A stretch of 64,000 nt of DNA from Scenedesmus sp. PABB004 (Eukaryota): positions 4,774,001-4,838,000 of the forward strand of contig CM026547.1 of the NCBI GenBank assembly GCA_014905635.1. The letters are read 5' to 3'. The position numbers and the translations under genes were made by a program. The stretch's first letter is position 1, and every line of letters begins with the position of its first letter. Of the stretch, positions 45,941-57,048 are shown piece after piece. The notes below the pieces were generated by a model. It saw only the letters and a list, made by a program, of their open reading frames with translations. It did no database searches and was not told the DNA's origin.

Positions 45941-47734
45941 TCACGTGACGGCGGGGAAGCCCGCGCGGCTCTGCAGCTCGTTGATGGCCGCCACGGGCAG
46001 CGTTCCGTTGTCGTTGACCGGCGTGTGCCAGTGGCGCAGCCGGAACATGCCGACGCGGTTGATGTAGTGCTTGTACGGGACGTGGATGCCGATTGCGTTG
46101 GGGTTGAGCAGCGCCGCAGACATGCTGAACATGGAGTTGCTCATGACCACGACGTCGGCGGTCGCCATCATCTGCCAGCTCCACAGCATGTCGGTGTCGA
46201 TCAGCATCACGCTGTTGGGGATGAGCTGCCGCAGCACGCGAATCTCCTCGACGCCCTCGGGCGTGCGCGGCGACTCAATGTACACCTCCATCGCGTAGTC
46301 GCACCCGAGCGGCTCCAGCACCTGCGCGCGGCGCGCGCGGCTCAGCCGCCCGTGCCTGCACGCTCGCCGCCAGCGGGCGGCGCGCCCAGCCACAGCGCCT
46401 TGGGCGCCGCGGCTCACCGCCGCGATGGCCTTGGCGATGTTGATGTAATACTGTGTCGACAGCACGCGCTGGTGCCAGTTGTCCGTGATGACGTCGCCGC
46501 GCCGGATGTGGATCGCGACGCGCAGCGCGTCCAGCAGCCACGACCGGCCCCTGCCCACGATCGGGCTGGGCACGCCGCCCTGGTCTCGCCGGCGGCACTG
46601 CAGCGGCGCCTGCAGCGGTACGGGGCGCGGCGGGCCGGCGCGCGGTCAGCCACACAGCGCGCGCCGCGCCGCGCGGGCCGGCGGGCGCGGGCGCGCGACC
46701 GCGCGCGACCGCGGCGGGCGCGGCGCGCGTGCGCACCGGCGGGTTGGCGGGGCGCAGGGAGGGTATGGTGAGGAAGATGTCTGGGAAGTAGCGGATGATG
46801 TTGTTGAGCCGCTCCACCTCAAACAGCGTCGGCCGCCGCCGCTTGGCCGCCTCGGCCACCTCCTTTGCAAACGGCGTAAAGTCGAGGGAGGGCAGGTACT
46901 TTTTGTCCCACGTCTGCACGTCCGCCTCGGTCGTGTCGCCCGGCAGCGTGATCATGTGCTGCGCCTTGGTCAGCAGGCGCCGGTCCGCGTCGTTGGAGAA
47001 CTCGCAGCCCGTGTCGCGGTAGTGCACGTGGCTGCCGATGTGGCCCACGCAGCCGAGCGGGCGGAAGAGGTGCCGCACGCCCAGCGCGCTCGAGAGGGCA
47101 TAGACCGTGATCATGCGCAGCGTCTGCGACCCCACGCCGTCCTGCACCTGGTGCCCGTACGTGACCGCGATGTTCTGCCGCACCCAGGGGTCGGCAAAGA
47201 CCGGGTCGCTCGGCAGGTTGAGCCCGCTCACGTTGCGCCCGGCGCCGCCGCCGCCGCCGCCGCCGGGCTGCTCGAGTTCGGGCTGCTCCGCCTGCGGCTA
47301 CGCGCGGGCGGCGCGGCGGCGCGGCGCGGTCGGCGGGAGCCGCCCGCGCAGCTCGTGCGCGCCGGCCGCAAGTGCTGACGCCGCGGCAGCTGCTGCTGGC
47401 GCTGACGGCCCTGGCGCGCCCTGCGCGCCAGGCACCGCAGCCCGCAGCCGCCACCCAGCTGCTGCTTGGGCGTGAGCCGCCAGCGCGGCGTCGCCGGCAG
47501 CGCGGCAGCTTGCGGCGACCGCTGCTGCAGCTGCACCGCCCCACTGGAGCACTGTCGGGCGCGGCGGGCCGGCACGCCCCGCACCTGCTCCGCCGCACCG
47601 AGATCCCCGCACGCCGCGCCACGGAGCAGCGCCAGCGCCGCCAGCGCCGCCAGCGCGAGACAGCCCGCCCGCGCGCGTCGCCGGCGCGTGTGTGCGGCGG
47701 CTTCGGGCCCCGCATGCGCGGCTCGCGGCCGCAT
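45941..47734 (-). CDS. GDP-fucose-type glycosyltransferase-like protein (GT11/GT23-like), paralog 1; multi-exon
   Basis: Signal/TM segment, DGVGSQ (cf. GLGNQ), VAIHIRRGD, MMATADVVVMSNSMFSMSAALL. Confidence 0.75.
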
Positions 47735-48305
47735 GCCGCCTGCTGCGCAGTGCCGGCAGGGGGGCGCACGGCTGGCCCGGCGGGCGGGCGCGGCGAACGC
47801 GCGCGCGGTGCGACCAGCAGCTGGTTGGGATGGTGAGGCAGCCGCACGGCGCAGGCACGGGGCGGCGCGCGCGCCCGGCGGGCGGGGAGACGGTTTCGCG
47901 CCCTGCTGCCGCTCGCCAACCGCTGCACCTGGCCTGTCTGGGCGGTCTCGTGGCCCGGCGGCAGTGAGATGAGCTCACGGCGGAGCTGCAGGGGCCACGC
48001 ACCGGGCCCGCGGGCGGGCGCGGTAGGGCGCCTGACCCGCGGCCTTCCCGGGGCGCTCGCGGCCGCAGGCGCTGCACGCGGCCTCAATAGTGCATTGGCT
48101 GGAGCCCCGGGACCTCTCCCCGGGCTTGCGCGAGCTGCTGACCAGCCAGCGGCGCGGCGCGTGCCGCCGGACGGCCGCGCCGAGTGCTGCTGCTGCTGCC
48201 GGCCGGCGCCCGCTGCCGGCGGCGCGCGCGGCCGCTTGCGGTGGGTGTGTGCGTGTTACACGCATCCGCGCGCAGCAGAGCCACCACGACTGCGCTGCTT
48301 GGGGG

Positions 48306-49844
48306 CTAGGCGATCGGCGCGTAGCCCGCCCGGCGGCGGAGCGCGTCGAGCGTGTGCGGCGCGAGCGTGCCGCTTTCGTCCATTGGTGTGTGCCAGTGGC
48401 GCAGCCGGAACATGCCGACGCGGTTGATGTAGTGCTTGTACGGGACGTGGATGCTGAAGGCGTTGGGGTTGAGCAGCGCCGCGGAGAGGCTGAACATGGA
48501 GTTGCTCATGACCACGACGTCGGCGGTCGCCATCATCTGCCAGCTCCACAGCATGTCGGTGTCAATCAGCATGACCGCGTTGGGCACCTCCTGCTGGAGC
48601 TGCACGATCTCGGCCTCGCCCTCGGGCGTGCGCGGCGACTCAATGTACACCTCCATCGCGTAGTCGCACCCGAGCGGCTCCAGCACCTGCGCGCGGCGCG
48701 CGTGGCTCAGCCGGCCGTGCCGGCGCGCTGGCCGCCGGACGGCGCGCCCAGCCCCCTGGTGCCCCGGGGCCGCGGCTCACCGCCGCGATGGCCTTGGCGA
48801 TGTTGATGTAATACTGTGTCGACAGCACGCGGCGGTGCCAGTTGCCTGTGATGACGTCGCCGCGCCGGATGTGGATCGCGACGCGCAGCGCGTCCAGCAG
48901 CCACGCCTTGGTGTTGCTGCTGGGCACACCGCCGGCGTCGTGCCCCGCCGGGCGGCACTGAAGCGGAGCCTGGGGGCAGCAGCGGCGGGGCGGTGGGCAC
49001 CGCCGCTCGCGGGGCAGGCCTCTGCCTGCCCCTGGCCGCAGGGCGCCGTGCTGCATGGTGTGGCGCAGCGCCCCCTGCCAGCGCCGCTGCCGCCGCCGCC
49101 GCCGCGGCGCGTGCGCGTCGCCGCGGCGCGTGCGCGGCGCACCGGCGGGGCGGTGGGGCGCAGCGCTGGCGCTGCCTGCAGTATGTCTGGGTAGAAGCGG
49201 ACCAGGCTGTTCACGCGCTCCACCGCGTACAGCGTCGGCCGCTTGGCGCGCAACGCCTCGCCCACGGCCTTGACAAACGGCGCAAAGTCGAGGGAGGGCA
49301 GGAAGGTGTGGTGCCAGACCGCGACGTCGTCCTCCGACACCGTGGACGGCAGGCTCACCATGCGGCGCGCCTTGGTCAGCTGCCGCACGTCCGCCTCGGC
49401 CGTGAAGTTGCAGCCCGCCTCGCGGTAGTGCACGTGGCTGCCGATGTGGCCCACGCAGCCGAGCGGGCGGAAGAGGTGCCGCACGCCCAGCGCGCTGGCC
49501 AGGCCGTGCACCGCCAGCATGCGCAGCGCTTGCGACCCCACGCCGTCCTGCACCTGGTGACCGTACGTGAGCGCCACGTTCTGCCGCACCCAGGGGTCGG
49601 CAAAGACCGGGTCGCTCGGCCAGTGCCACTGCTGCTCTGCCAGCCCGGCGCTCGCCTGCGCGCGCGGCGGCGCGCGTGCGTGAGGGGCAACGACGGCGGC
49701 GGCGGCAAGCGCCCGCGTGCAGTGCGAGAACGACCCAGTCGTTCGCCGTGACCGCACCTGCAGCTGCAGGCCGCGCGCCGGGGGGAGGAGCAGCAGCGCC
49801 AGCAGCAGCTCGGCCGCTGGCGCCGGCGGTCGCCGCCGCAGCAT
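48306..49844 (-). CDS. GDP-fucose-type glycosyltransferase-like protein (GT11/GT23-like), paralog 2; multi-exon
   Basis: Same motifs and intron positions as 45941-47734; TGTAA on the minus strand at 48256-60. Confidence 0.75.
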
Positions 49845-50361
49845 GACGACGCCCAAGCAGCTAGATGAGGCTACCAGCGCTGCTCAGGCGCCACTGGGGG
49901 GCCGCACACGCCTCGCGCGGGGCGGGGCGGGCTGCGCCATCCCTGCACACCAGCCCGCGTCCAGCTGGCGCGCACGTAACCCGGGTCGGCCCGCCGAGCT
50001 GTCAGGGCGCTACAGAGCTTGCCGAAACGACCCAGGGACCAGCTCCAGCAGCCAAGCGGGCTGGGACAGCGCGGGAGAGCGAAAACAGCAGCAGCAGCTC
50101 TGGTGTTGGGCTGGCTGGCGCGGAGTTCACGGCGGATGGGGGCCCCGACGGAAGATTACTGGCCGCTGATGGCGCGGCCACGCGCAAGCAGCGGCGGCGC
50201 AGAACCGCGGCGCCGAGGTCAGGTCTGCGCGCGGCGCCCAGCCGTGTGCAGTCATTCAGGACTGTGTCGTCAAAGCAGAGAGGAGGGAGCCAATTGGCAA
50301 GCGATCGTGAGCCCAGCACCAGCAGTGAGCCCAGCGCCCGAGCGTGCGCCAGCGCGCGCTG

Positions 50362-50610
50362 CTAGCGGCGGCGCAGCGCCGCGTACGAGATGGACAGCAG
50401 CACGCACACAAACGCGGCCAGCATGCCCATCGCGCCAAACGCGCCGGGGAAGGCGTCACGGCGCATGCCGTAGAGCTCGGCGACGTAGTCGGACACCGCC
50501 ACGGGCGCGCCGGTGACGGGGTCGGGGATGGTGCTGCGCAAGCCGCCGAGCATCTCGCTGCCGATGCCGATGAAGACGTAATACCTGGGTGGGTGGGTGG
50601 GTGGGTGGGT

Positions 50611-50641
<31 letters not shown>

Positions 50642-51319
50642 CGGGGGGGGACCAGGGGGGCAGGCTCAGCGGTGTGCGGCGAGTGCGTGTGTGTGGAGCC
50701 GTGGAGGGCGGCAGGTGCTGTCGCAGCGCCGCGCGGGCCGGGTGGGCGCTGCCGCGGTGCCACGCGGGCCTGCCGCGCGCCGCGGCGGCGGCGCGGGCTC
50801 ACGTGGGGTTGAGGAAGTAGGCGCCCCACCACGCGGGCGGCGTGGCGGGGAGGGGCTGCGTGAAGCCGCTGACGAGGCCCTGCAGGTTGCTGAGCACGCT
50901 GTAGACGGTCGTCGCGATGAAGACGACGCGCGAGACGTGGATGAGGGCCTGGCTGGTCGTGAACGACACGCTGCACGCGAGCCAGACGAGGGCGAGGACG
51001 TAGAAAAACTTGTCGGCCGCGACCTCAAAGCCGACCATAAAGTACGTGACGACCACGTAGACCACCACCTGCACGCTCACATACTGCATCGCCACGCCCG
51101 CCTGCGCGACCAGGAACGCGCCGGGGCCGTACGTGCCCGCCGCGCGCTCGCGCACAAACACCGCGCGCTCCTTGGCGAGGCCGGACTGGCAGGAGAAGCC
51201 CACCTGCGCAGACGGGGGGGGGGGGGGGGGGCAGGGGGCAGAAGGGGGGCGTCAGCGCGCGCGCGCGCGCGCATGCGTGTGTGCGCCCGAGCACGTGCGC
51301 GCGCCGCCCGGCCCTGGCC

Positions 51320-51355
<36 letters not shown>

Positions 51356-54300
51356 CGCCTCTGTGCTGAGCGCCGACGCGACCATGTAGAGCGCGCCGAG
51401 CGTGTTTTGCACGCCGCGCGCGCTAGTGATGTGGTCGCTGCGGCCCTTGCCCCACTCCATGCTGCCCACGACCAGGGAGATGGCGAGCGTGATGGCAAAG
51501 CGGCTGAAGTTGGTCCCCGGGTTGCGCCAGTAGCTCCGCCGCGTGCGCGCGTGCAGCAGGCGCAGCTGCGTCAGCGCGCTCGCCGGCGCGGGGGGCGTCA
51601 GCTCCGCCGGCACGTCACGGCCGCGCGCGTCCGCGCCATCGCACAGCCGCGCGGCCTCGGCCGCCGCCGCCTGCGCAGGAGTGCGCCGCCGGGCGGCGCC
51701 AGGCTCAGCGGGAGTGTGGCACCGCGGTGCCGTGCGCGCTGCGGCAGGGGGCGCTGCGCGCTGCGCTGCGCGCCGCGTCCCGCGCCGTGCCCCCGCGTGG
51801 CCGCGCCTTGGCGAGGGCGCTCGAGGCGTACGCGGCTGCGAGGTCTGGGTAACCCGGCAGCTGCGCCGCGGGGCCGCCCACGACGTCGAGCATCCACGCC
51901 GACGGGTTCTGGCCCTGCACGCGCGCGGCGCGGCGCGGCGGCGTCCCCCCGTCGGGCCGGGGCGCGGGGGCCGCGACGGCGCGCCGCGCGGCGCGCCGCG
52001 ACGGCGCGGCCGCGCACCTCCTGCAGCGGCGGCGTGCCCGGGAGGGAGGTGAAGTAGGAGACCAGCCCCGCCGCGCCGGGGCCGAGCGGGCCGAAGAACA
52101 CGACGCGCCCGCCGCGGCGCAGGAGCAGGAGGTCGTCAAAGAGCCCAAAGATGGCCGCCGAGGGCTGGTGCACCGTCGCGACGACCGTGACGCCGCCGCC
52201 GCTGATGCCGCGCATCACGCGCGCGACGTTGGCCGCGCTGCGCGCGTCCAGCCCGCTCGTGGGCTCGTCCAGGAACAACACGCGCGGCGCCGTGACCAGC
52301 TCGACCGCGATGGTCAGCCGCTTGCGCTGCTCCACGCTCAGCCCGTCAACGCCTGCGGGCCGGCGGCGCGCGCGCGGCCGCGTCGGAGGCGCGCGCGGCG
52401 GCGCGGGCGCGTCCGCGGCGTGCGCGCTGCGCCGGTGCCCCGGGCGCGGCGGCGCGGGCGCGGCCGCGCACCGGGCGTGCCCACGAGGCGCTGCGCCAGG
52501 GGCGCGAGCTCCACCACTTCCAGCACCTCGGCCACGTGCGCGCGCCAGTCGGAGCCGCGCGGTGCGCGCAGCGCGGCGCTGAACTCCAGGCTCTCTGAGA
52601 CCGTGGCGAGCGGCGCGTGGATGTCGGCCTGCTCCACCTGCGGGCGCGCGGCGCGCGGCGCGGCTCAGAGGGGCGCCGGGAGCGAGCACGAGCGCGCGCG
52701 CGCGCGCGCGCGCGCGCGCTGCACAGCCCGGCGAGCCGGCGCGGCGCGGCGCGGCGCGGGTGCGCACGTATCCGGCGAGGCGCGAGAAGGCGACGCGGTC
52801 CACGGGGAAGCCGTCGACGGTGATGGTCCCGGTGACGCGGCCGTGGGTCTTGCGCTGCGCGAGGACGTCGATGAGCGTGCTCTTGCCCGCGCCGCTCGAC
52901 CCCATCAGCGCGCACAGCACGCCCGGCTTGAACGCGCCCGTCACGCCGTGCAGCAGCTGCAGCTCCTCCTTCCCGCCGCCGGGGTGGGGCACGTAGTAGC
53001 AGAGGTCGGCAAACGCGATGCTCACGCCGCCCGGCGCAGCAGCGCGCGCCGCGCCCGGCGCGCCGCCGCCGTCGCGGGCCGCCGCCGCTGCGGGGGCCCC
53101 GGGCGGGGTCGCGGGCGTGGCGTCGGCGCGGGGTCGGCGCGGGGCCGGCGCGCGCCGCGCGCGTGCGCGGGCCGCGCCACGCGCGCGAGCAGGCCCCGCC
53201 GCGCGCGCCCCCACCGCCGGTCACCTGGCAGCTCGATGACCGCCGCCGCCGCCGGCGCCGCCGCGCCCTTGCCGCCGCCGGCGCCGCCGCGCACAACGGC
53301 CGCGCGGCGCTCCTCGTCGGCCTGCTCGCGCTTCTGCGCCGCGAGCACCGCGGGGCTCTCCGGCATGCGGCCAAAGCTGAACGCGAGCAGCGCGGCGCCC
53401 GCGCACGTGGCGGCCATGCCCGCGAGCACCGCCACACCCGCCCAGACCCAGGTCCAGCCGGGCGTCAGCTCAAACATGTCCAGCACCGCCTCGCCAAGGC
53501 CCACGCCGCCGGCCGCGCCCGGCGCGGCCGCCCAGCGCGGCTGCATGAACTCGTTCAGCGCGAGCGCCCGGAAGGCGTAGGCGAGCGGGTTGATGTAGTA
53601 CGCCCACAGCCTGGAAGACACGCGCGGGGGCGCGCACGCGGCGCTCAATGTCAGTGCGCGGCGCGGGGCGGCGCGGCGCGGCGCGGCACGGCGGGCGGCC
53701 GCGGCGGGCGGCCGCGGCGGGGGCGGCGCAGCGCGCGCGCGCGCACGGCCCGCGGCGGCGCGGCGTGGGCGCGGGGGCGCGGGGGGCGCACCAGTACTTT
53801 GGTATGGCGCCGTGCGTGACGACAAAGCCGGCGAGCATCTCGTTGATGATGCCGTGGATCACGCCGATGCCCATGGCCAGGCTCATCACCTGCGCCGCGC
53901 CCCCGTACACCCTGCGCGGCGGCCCGCGGCGGTCCGCGGTCGGCGGCCCGCCCCGTGCGCACGCCCCGTCTGCGCTCAACCCTCGGCCGGCGGTGCGCGC
54001 CTGTAGAGGTTGTCGCAGAGCAGGCTGAACATGAAGAGGATGGCGAGGAAGGTGAAGAAGGGCGGCGCGGCGCAGGTGAAGCCGGCCATAAAGTACCTGC
54101 GCGCGGGGCCGAGGCGGCGGCGGCGGGGGCGCGTGGGCCCGCGTGCGCGCGCGCGCGGGGCGGGCGGCGCCCCCGCCGAGCTCCTGCCCGCCCGCCGCGC
54201 CGCGCCGCCGTACATGGGCGTCCCGTAGATGATCACGTCGACCACCACGACCGGCACGTTGAGCAGGACCGCGGGCAGCCACTCCACCCAGGCCGGGTGC

Positions 54301-56681
54301 CAGAGCGTGTCGCGCTCCTTGAACAGGATGGGCCGCTTCTCGTGCGTCAGCTCAATCGTGGGCACAGAGAGCATCTGCATGAAGAACAGCGCGTTGAACA
54401 GCATGCCCAGCAGGCTCACGCCGCCCTGGCGCGCGGCGCGACGGCGCGGCGCGCGGTGGGCGCCGGCGGGGGCGGGGCGCGCGCGTGTCGGCGGGGCGTG
54501 CGGTGGGCGCCGGCGGGCGCGCGGGCGCCGGCGGCGGCGCGCGGCAGCGCAGCCCGCGCACGCGGCAGGCGCCGCGCCGCACCCCAAACGTGAGGGGGAG
54601 CTGCCAGAAGAGCGTGCCGGTGGTGACCGAGATGAGCAGGGCGAGCGCCCAGCGGATGACGCAGCCCTCCCAGTTGCGGGCAAAGTCGACCCTGAACATG
54701 CGCGCCGCGCAGCAGCGCAGCAGCACCAGCAGCGGCGTGGTGCGGCGCCGCGTCTCCAGCCCCGCCATCGCCTCCGCGTCGGGCGCGTCCACCGCCTCGG
54801 CCGCCGCCCGCAGCTCCACGCCCGCCTGGCTCTCCCAGAACCGCCGGCTCAGCTCTGCCGGCGGGACAAAGGCGCCGCCCGGCGGCGCCTGCAGCGCGGG
54901 CTGGTCGGCGGGCGACGCGACCTGCTGCAGGAACTCGGCCAGCTCCTGGCCGGGCAGCGGGCGGAGCCCGCACGCCGCAAAGTGCGCCGCCGCGCCCGCG
55001 ACGGGGCCGTGCCACAGCACGCGGCCCTCGCCGAGCAGCAGGATGTCGTCAAACGCCTCCACCACCGCCGGCTCGGGCTGCAGCAGGGCCATCACGACCG
55101 TGCTGTTCAGCAGCTTCGCCCAGCGCCGCATCGAGTGCACCAGCGCCAGCGTCGACGCGCTGTCCAGGCCTGCCGGGCGGCGGCGGCGGCGGCGGCGCGT
55201 GGGCGTGCGCGCGTGCAGGCGTGCGGGCGTGCGGGCCGCGCGCGCCGCACGGGCCACAGGCAGGCTGCCCGCCGCGAGGCAGGCTGCCCCCCGTGCGGGC
55301 CCTCCCACCGGTGGATGCCTCGTCCAGGAAGAGGGCGTACGCGGAGGTCGCGAGGCCCTCGCCCACCGCGACGCGGCGCTTCTCGCCGCCCGACACGCCG
55401 CGCAGCACCGCGTCGCCGACGAGCGTGTCGGCGGCGTGGCTGAGGCCCAGGATGGCCAGCGAGTACTCGGTGAGGAGGAGGTTGTCGGGGCGCATCATGC
55501 GGACCATCATCACGTCAGCCTGACACCACGCGGGCGGCCAGGCGGCGCCACGCGGTCGGCGGGCAGGCGGCGGGCGGCAGCGGGCGGGCCGCCCCAGGCG
55601 TGTGCCCCCCCCCCTTCTCCCCTCCCCGCTCCCCCCGCTGCCCGCTCCCCGCGCCGACCTCGTCGTCGAGCGGCACGCGCTCCGCCGCCAGCTGCGGGTG
55701 CGCCGCCTCCCAGCTCAGGAGCTTGCTGACCGCGTCGATGAGCTGCGCGCGCTCGCCGGCGCAGGTCTCGCTGAACGCAAGCGTCTCGCGGCAGGTGAGT
55801 GTGGGGATGAGCATCTCCACCTGGTCCACGTACGCCGCGGTGCGGGGGAGCACAAACGCGTCGCGGCGCCAGCCGTTGTAGCGGATGGAGTCGCCGCCGA
55901 CGATGTCGACCATCTTGCTGGCGCCCAGGCGGCCGCTCAGGACCTTGAGCAGCGTCGACCGCCCGCACCCGGGCGGGCCGAGCACGAGCGTCATCGACGC
56001 GGGCCTGGCGGCGCGACGCGGCGGGCGCGCGCAGGGGCGCGCGCGGGCGGTCGGCGGCGCGCACGGGCCGGCGGCGGCCCGCCCGGCGCGCGCGGCGCGC
56101 CGCGCGCCGTGGCAGCAGCGCTCGCCTGAGCACGCCCGTGACGCCGTCGAGCGCGCGCACGCTGCTGGACGTGCGGCGGCGCAGCAGGGACTTGAGCGGG
56201 TCGAACAGCCCCGGCAGCGAGTCCTCCACGCTCACGGCGCGCCGGACGACGCTGAGGTCGGCGTACGTCACCTCCACGCCCGGCAGCCGGTAGCCGCAGC
56301 GGTCAAAGCGCTGCTTGATGCGCTGAAGCAGCGCCTCCTCGCCCTGCGCGAGCGGGCCCGCGACCGCGCCCGTGCGCTCCGCCGCCTTCAGGCGCTTCTC
56401 CTTTTTCTGCCGCCGGATGGCCTGGCCACCGGCAGCCACACGCAGGACGGCGGGCGGAGAGGCGCACACGCGGCCGTGAGCGGCGGCACCGGCAGAGGCA
56501 GCGGCAGCGGTGGCAGCAGCGGGCGGCGGCGCTGGTGGGTGAGGCCGCCCGTGCTCCTCACCTCGGCCACAGCCTCGGCCTCATCTTTTGCCGCGCCACT
56601 GTACTCGTCGCGGCTGCTGGCGCTGCCCGACAGCGCGAGGGTCGCGCGCAAGTGCAAAATGTCGGCACCGGTGCCCGCCAT
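50362..56681 (-). CDS. Full-size ABCG (PDR-type) transporter, NBD-TMD-NBD-TMD; multi-exon
   Basis: MTLVLGPPGCGRSTLLK, RGVSGGEKRRV, LFLDEASTGLDS, ALLQPEP; LMGSSGAGKSTL, GYVEQADIH, GLSVEQRKRLTIAVELV, LFLDEPTSGLD, TVHQPS, NPSAWML, SYWRNP, ERAVFVRERAAGTY. Confidence 0.95.
50587..50650 (+). repeat. Intronic (GGGT)n followed by a ~30-nt poly-G tract
   Basis: Read directly from the sequence. Confidence 0.9.
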
Positions 56682-57048
56682 GGCGCTCCTCCCGCCGCTG
56701 CGGCACCGCGGTCGGGTGCTGCGCGGTCTCCCGCGAGAGTGGGCGCTGGCCGGCGGCGCGCCTGGCGGTGGGCGCGCGGTGTGGGGCGAGCTGCTGTTCT
56801 TCTCACACTGAACAGCGGATTAGCTGCCCATAACCCCATCCGCTCACGCTGCTCGAATGCGGCAGTTGATCGGAGACCGCTGAGCCGAGGCGCGGTGGGC
56901 AGGCAGTGCGGTCACCGGCCGAGCGCACGCCGCTGCTCGCGCCGCCGCTCACGCCGCACTCTCGCACGCTGCGGCGGCCTGGCGGCGGCGCACGCAGCCG
57001 CCGCCGCCGCCGGGGGCCACTCACCGCGCCGCCACCACTCTCGGCCAC

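Noticed and set aside
49981..50040. Possible hammerhead ribozyme (gggtcg...cgaaacgaccc)
   Set aside because: It has GAAA plus a stem but lacks the CUGANGA core and the NUH cleavage triplet
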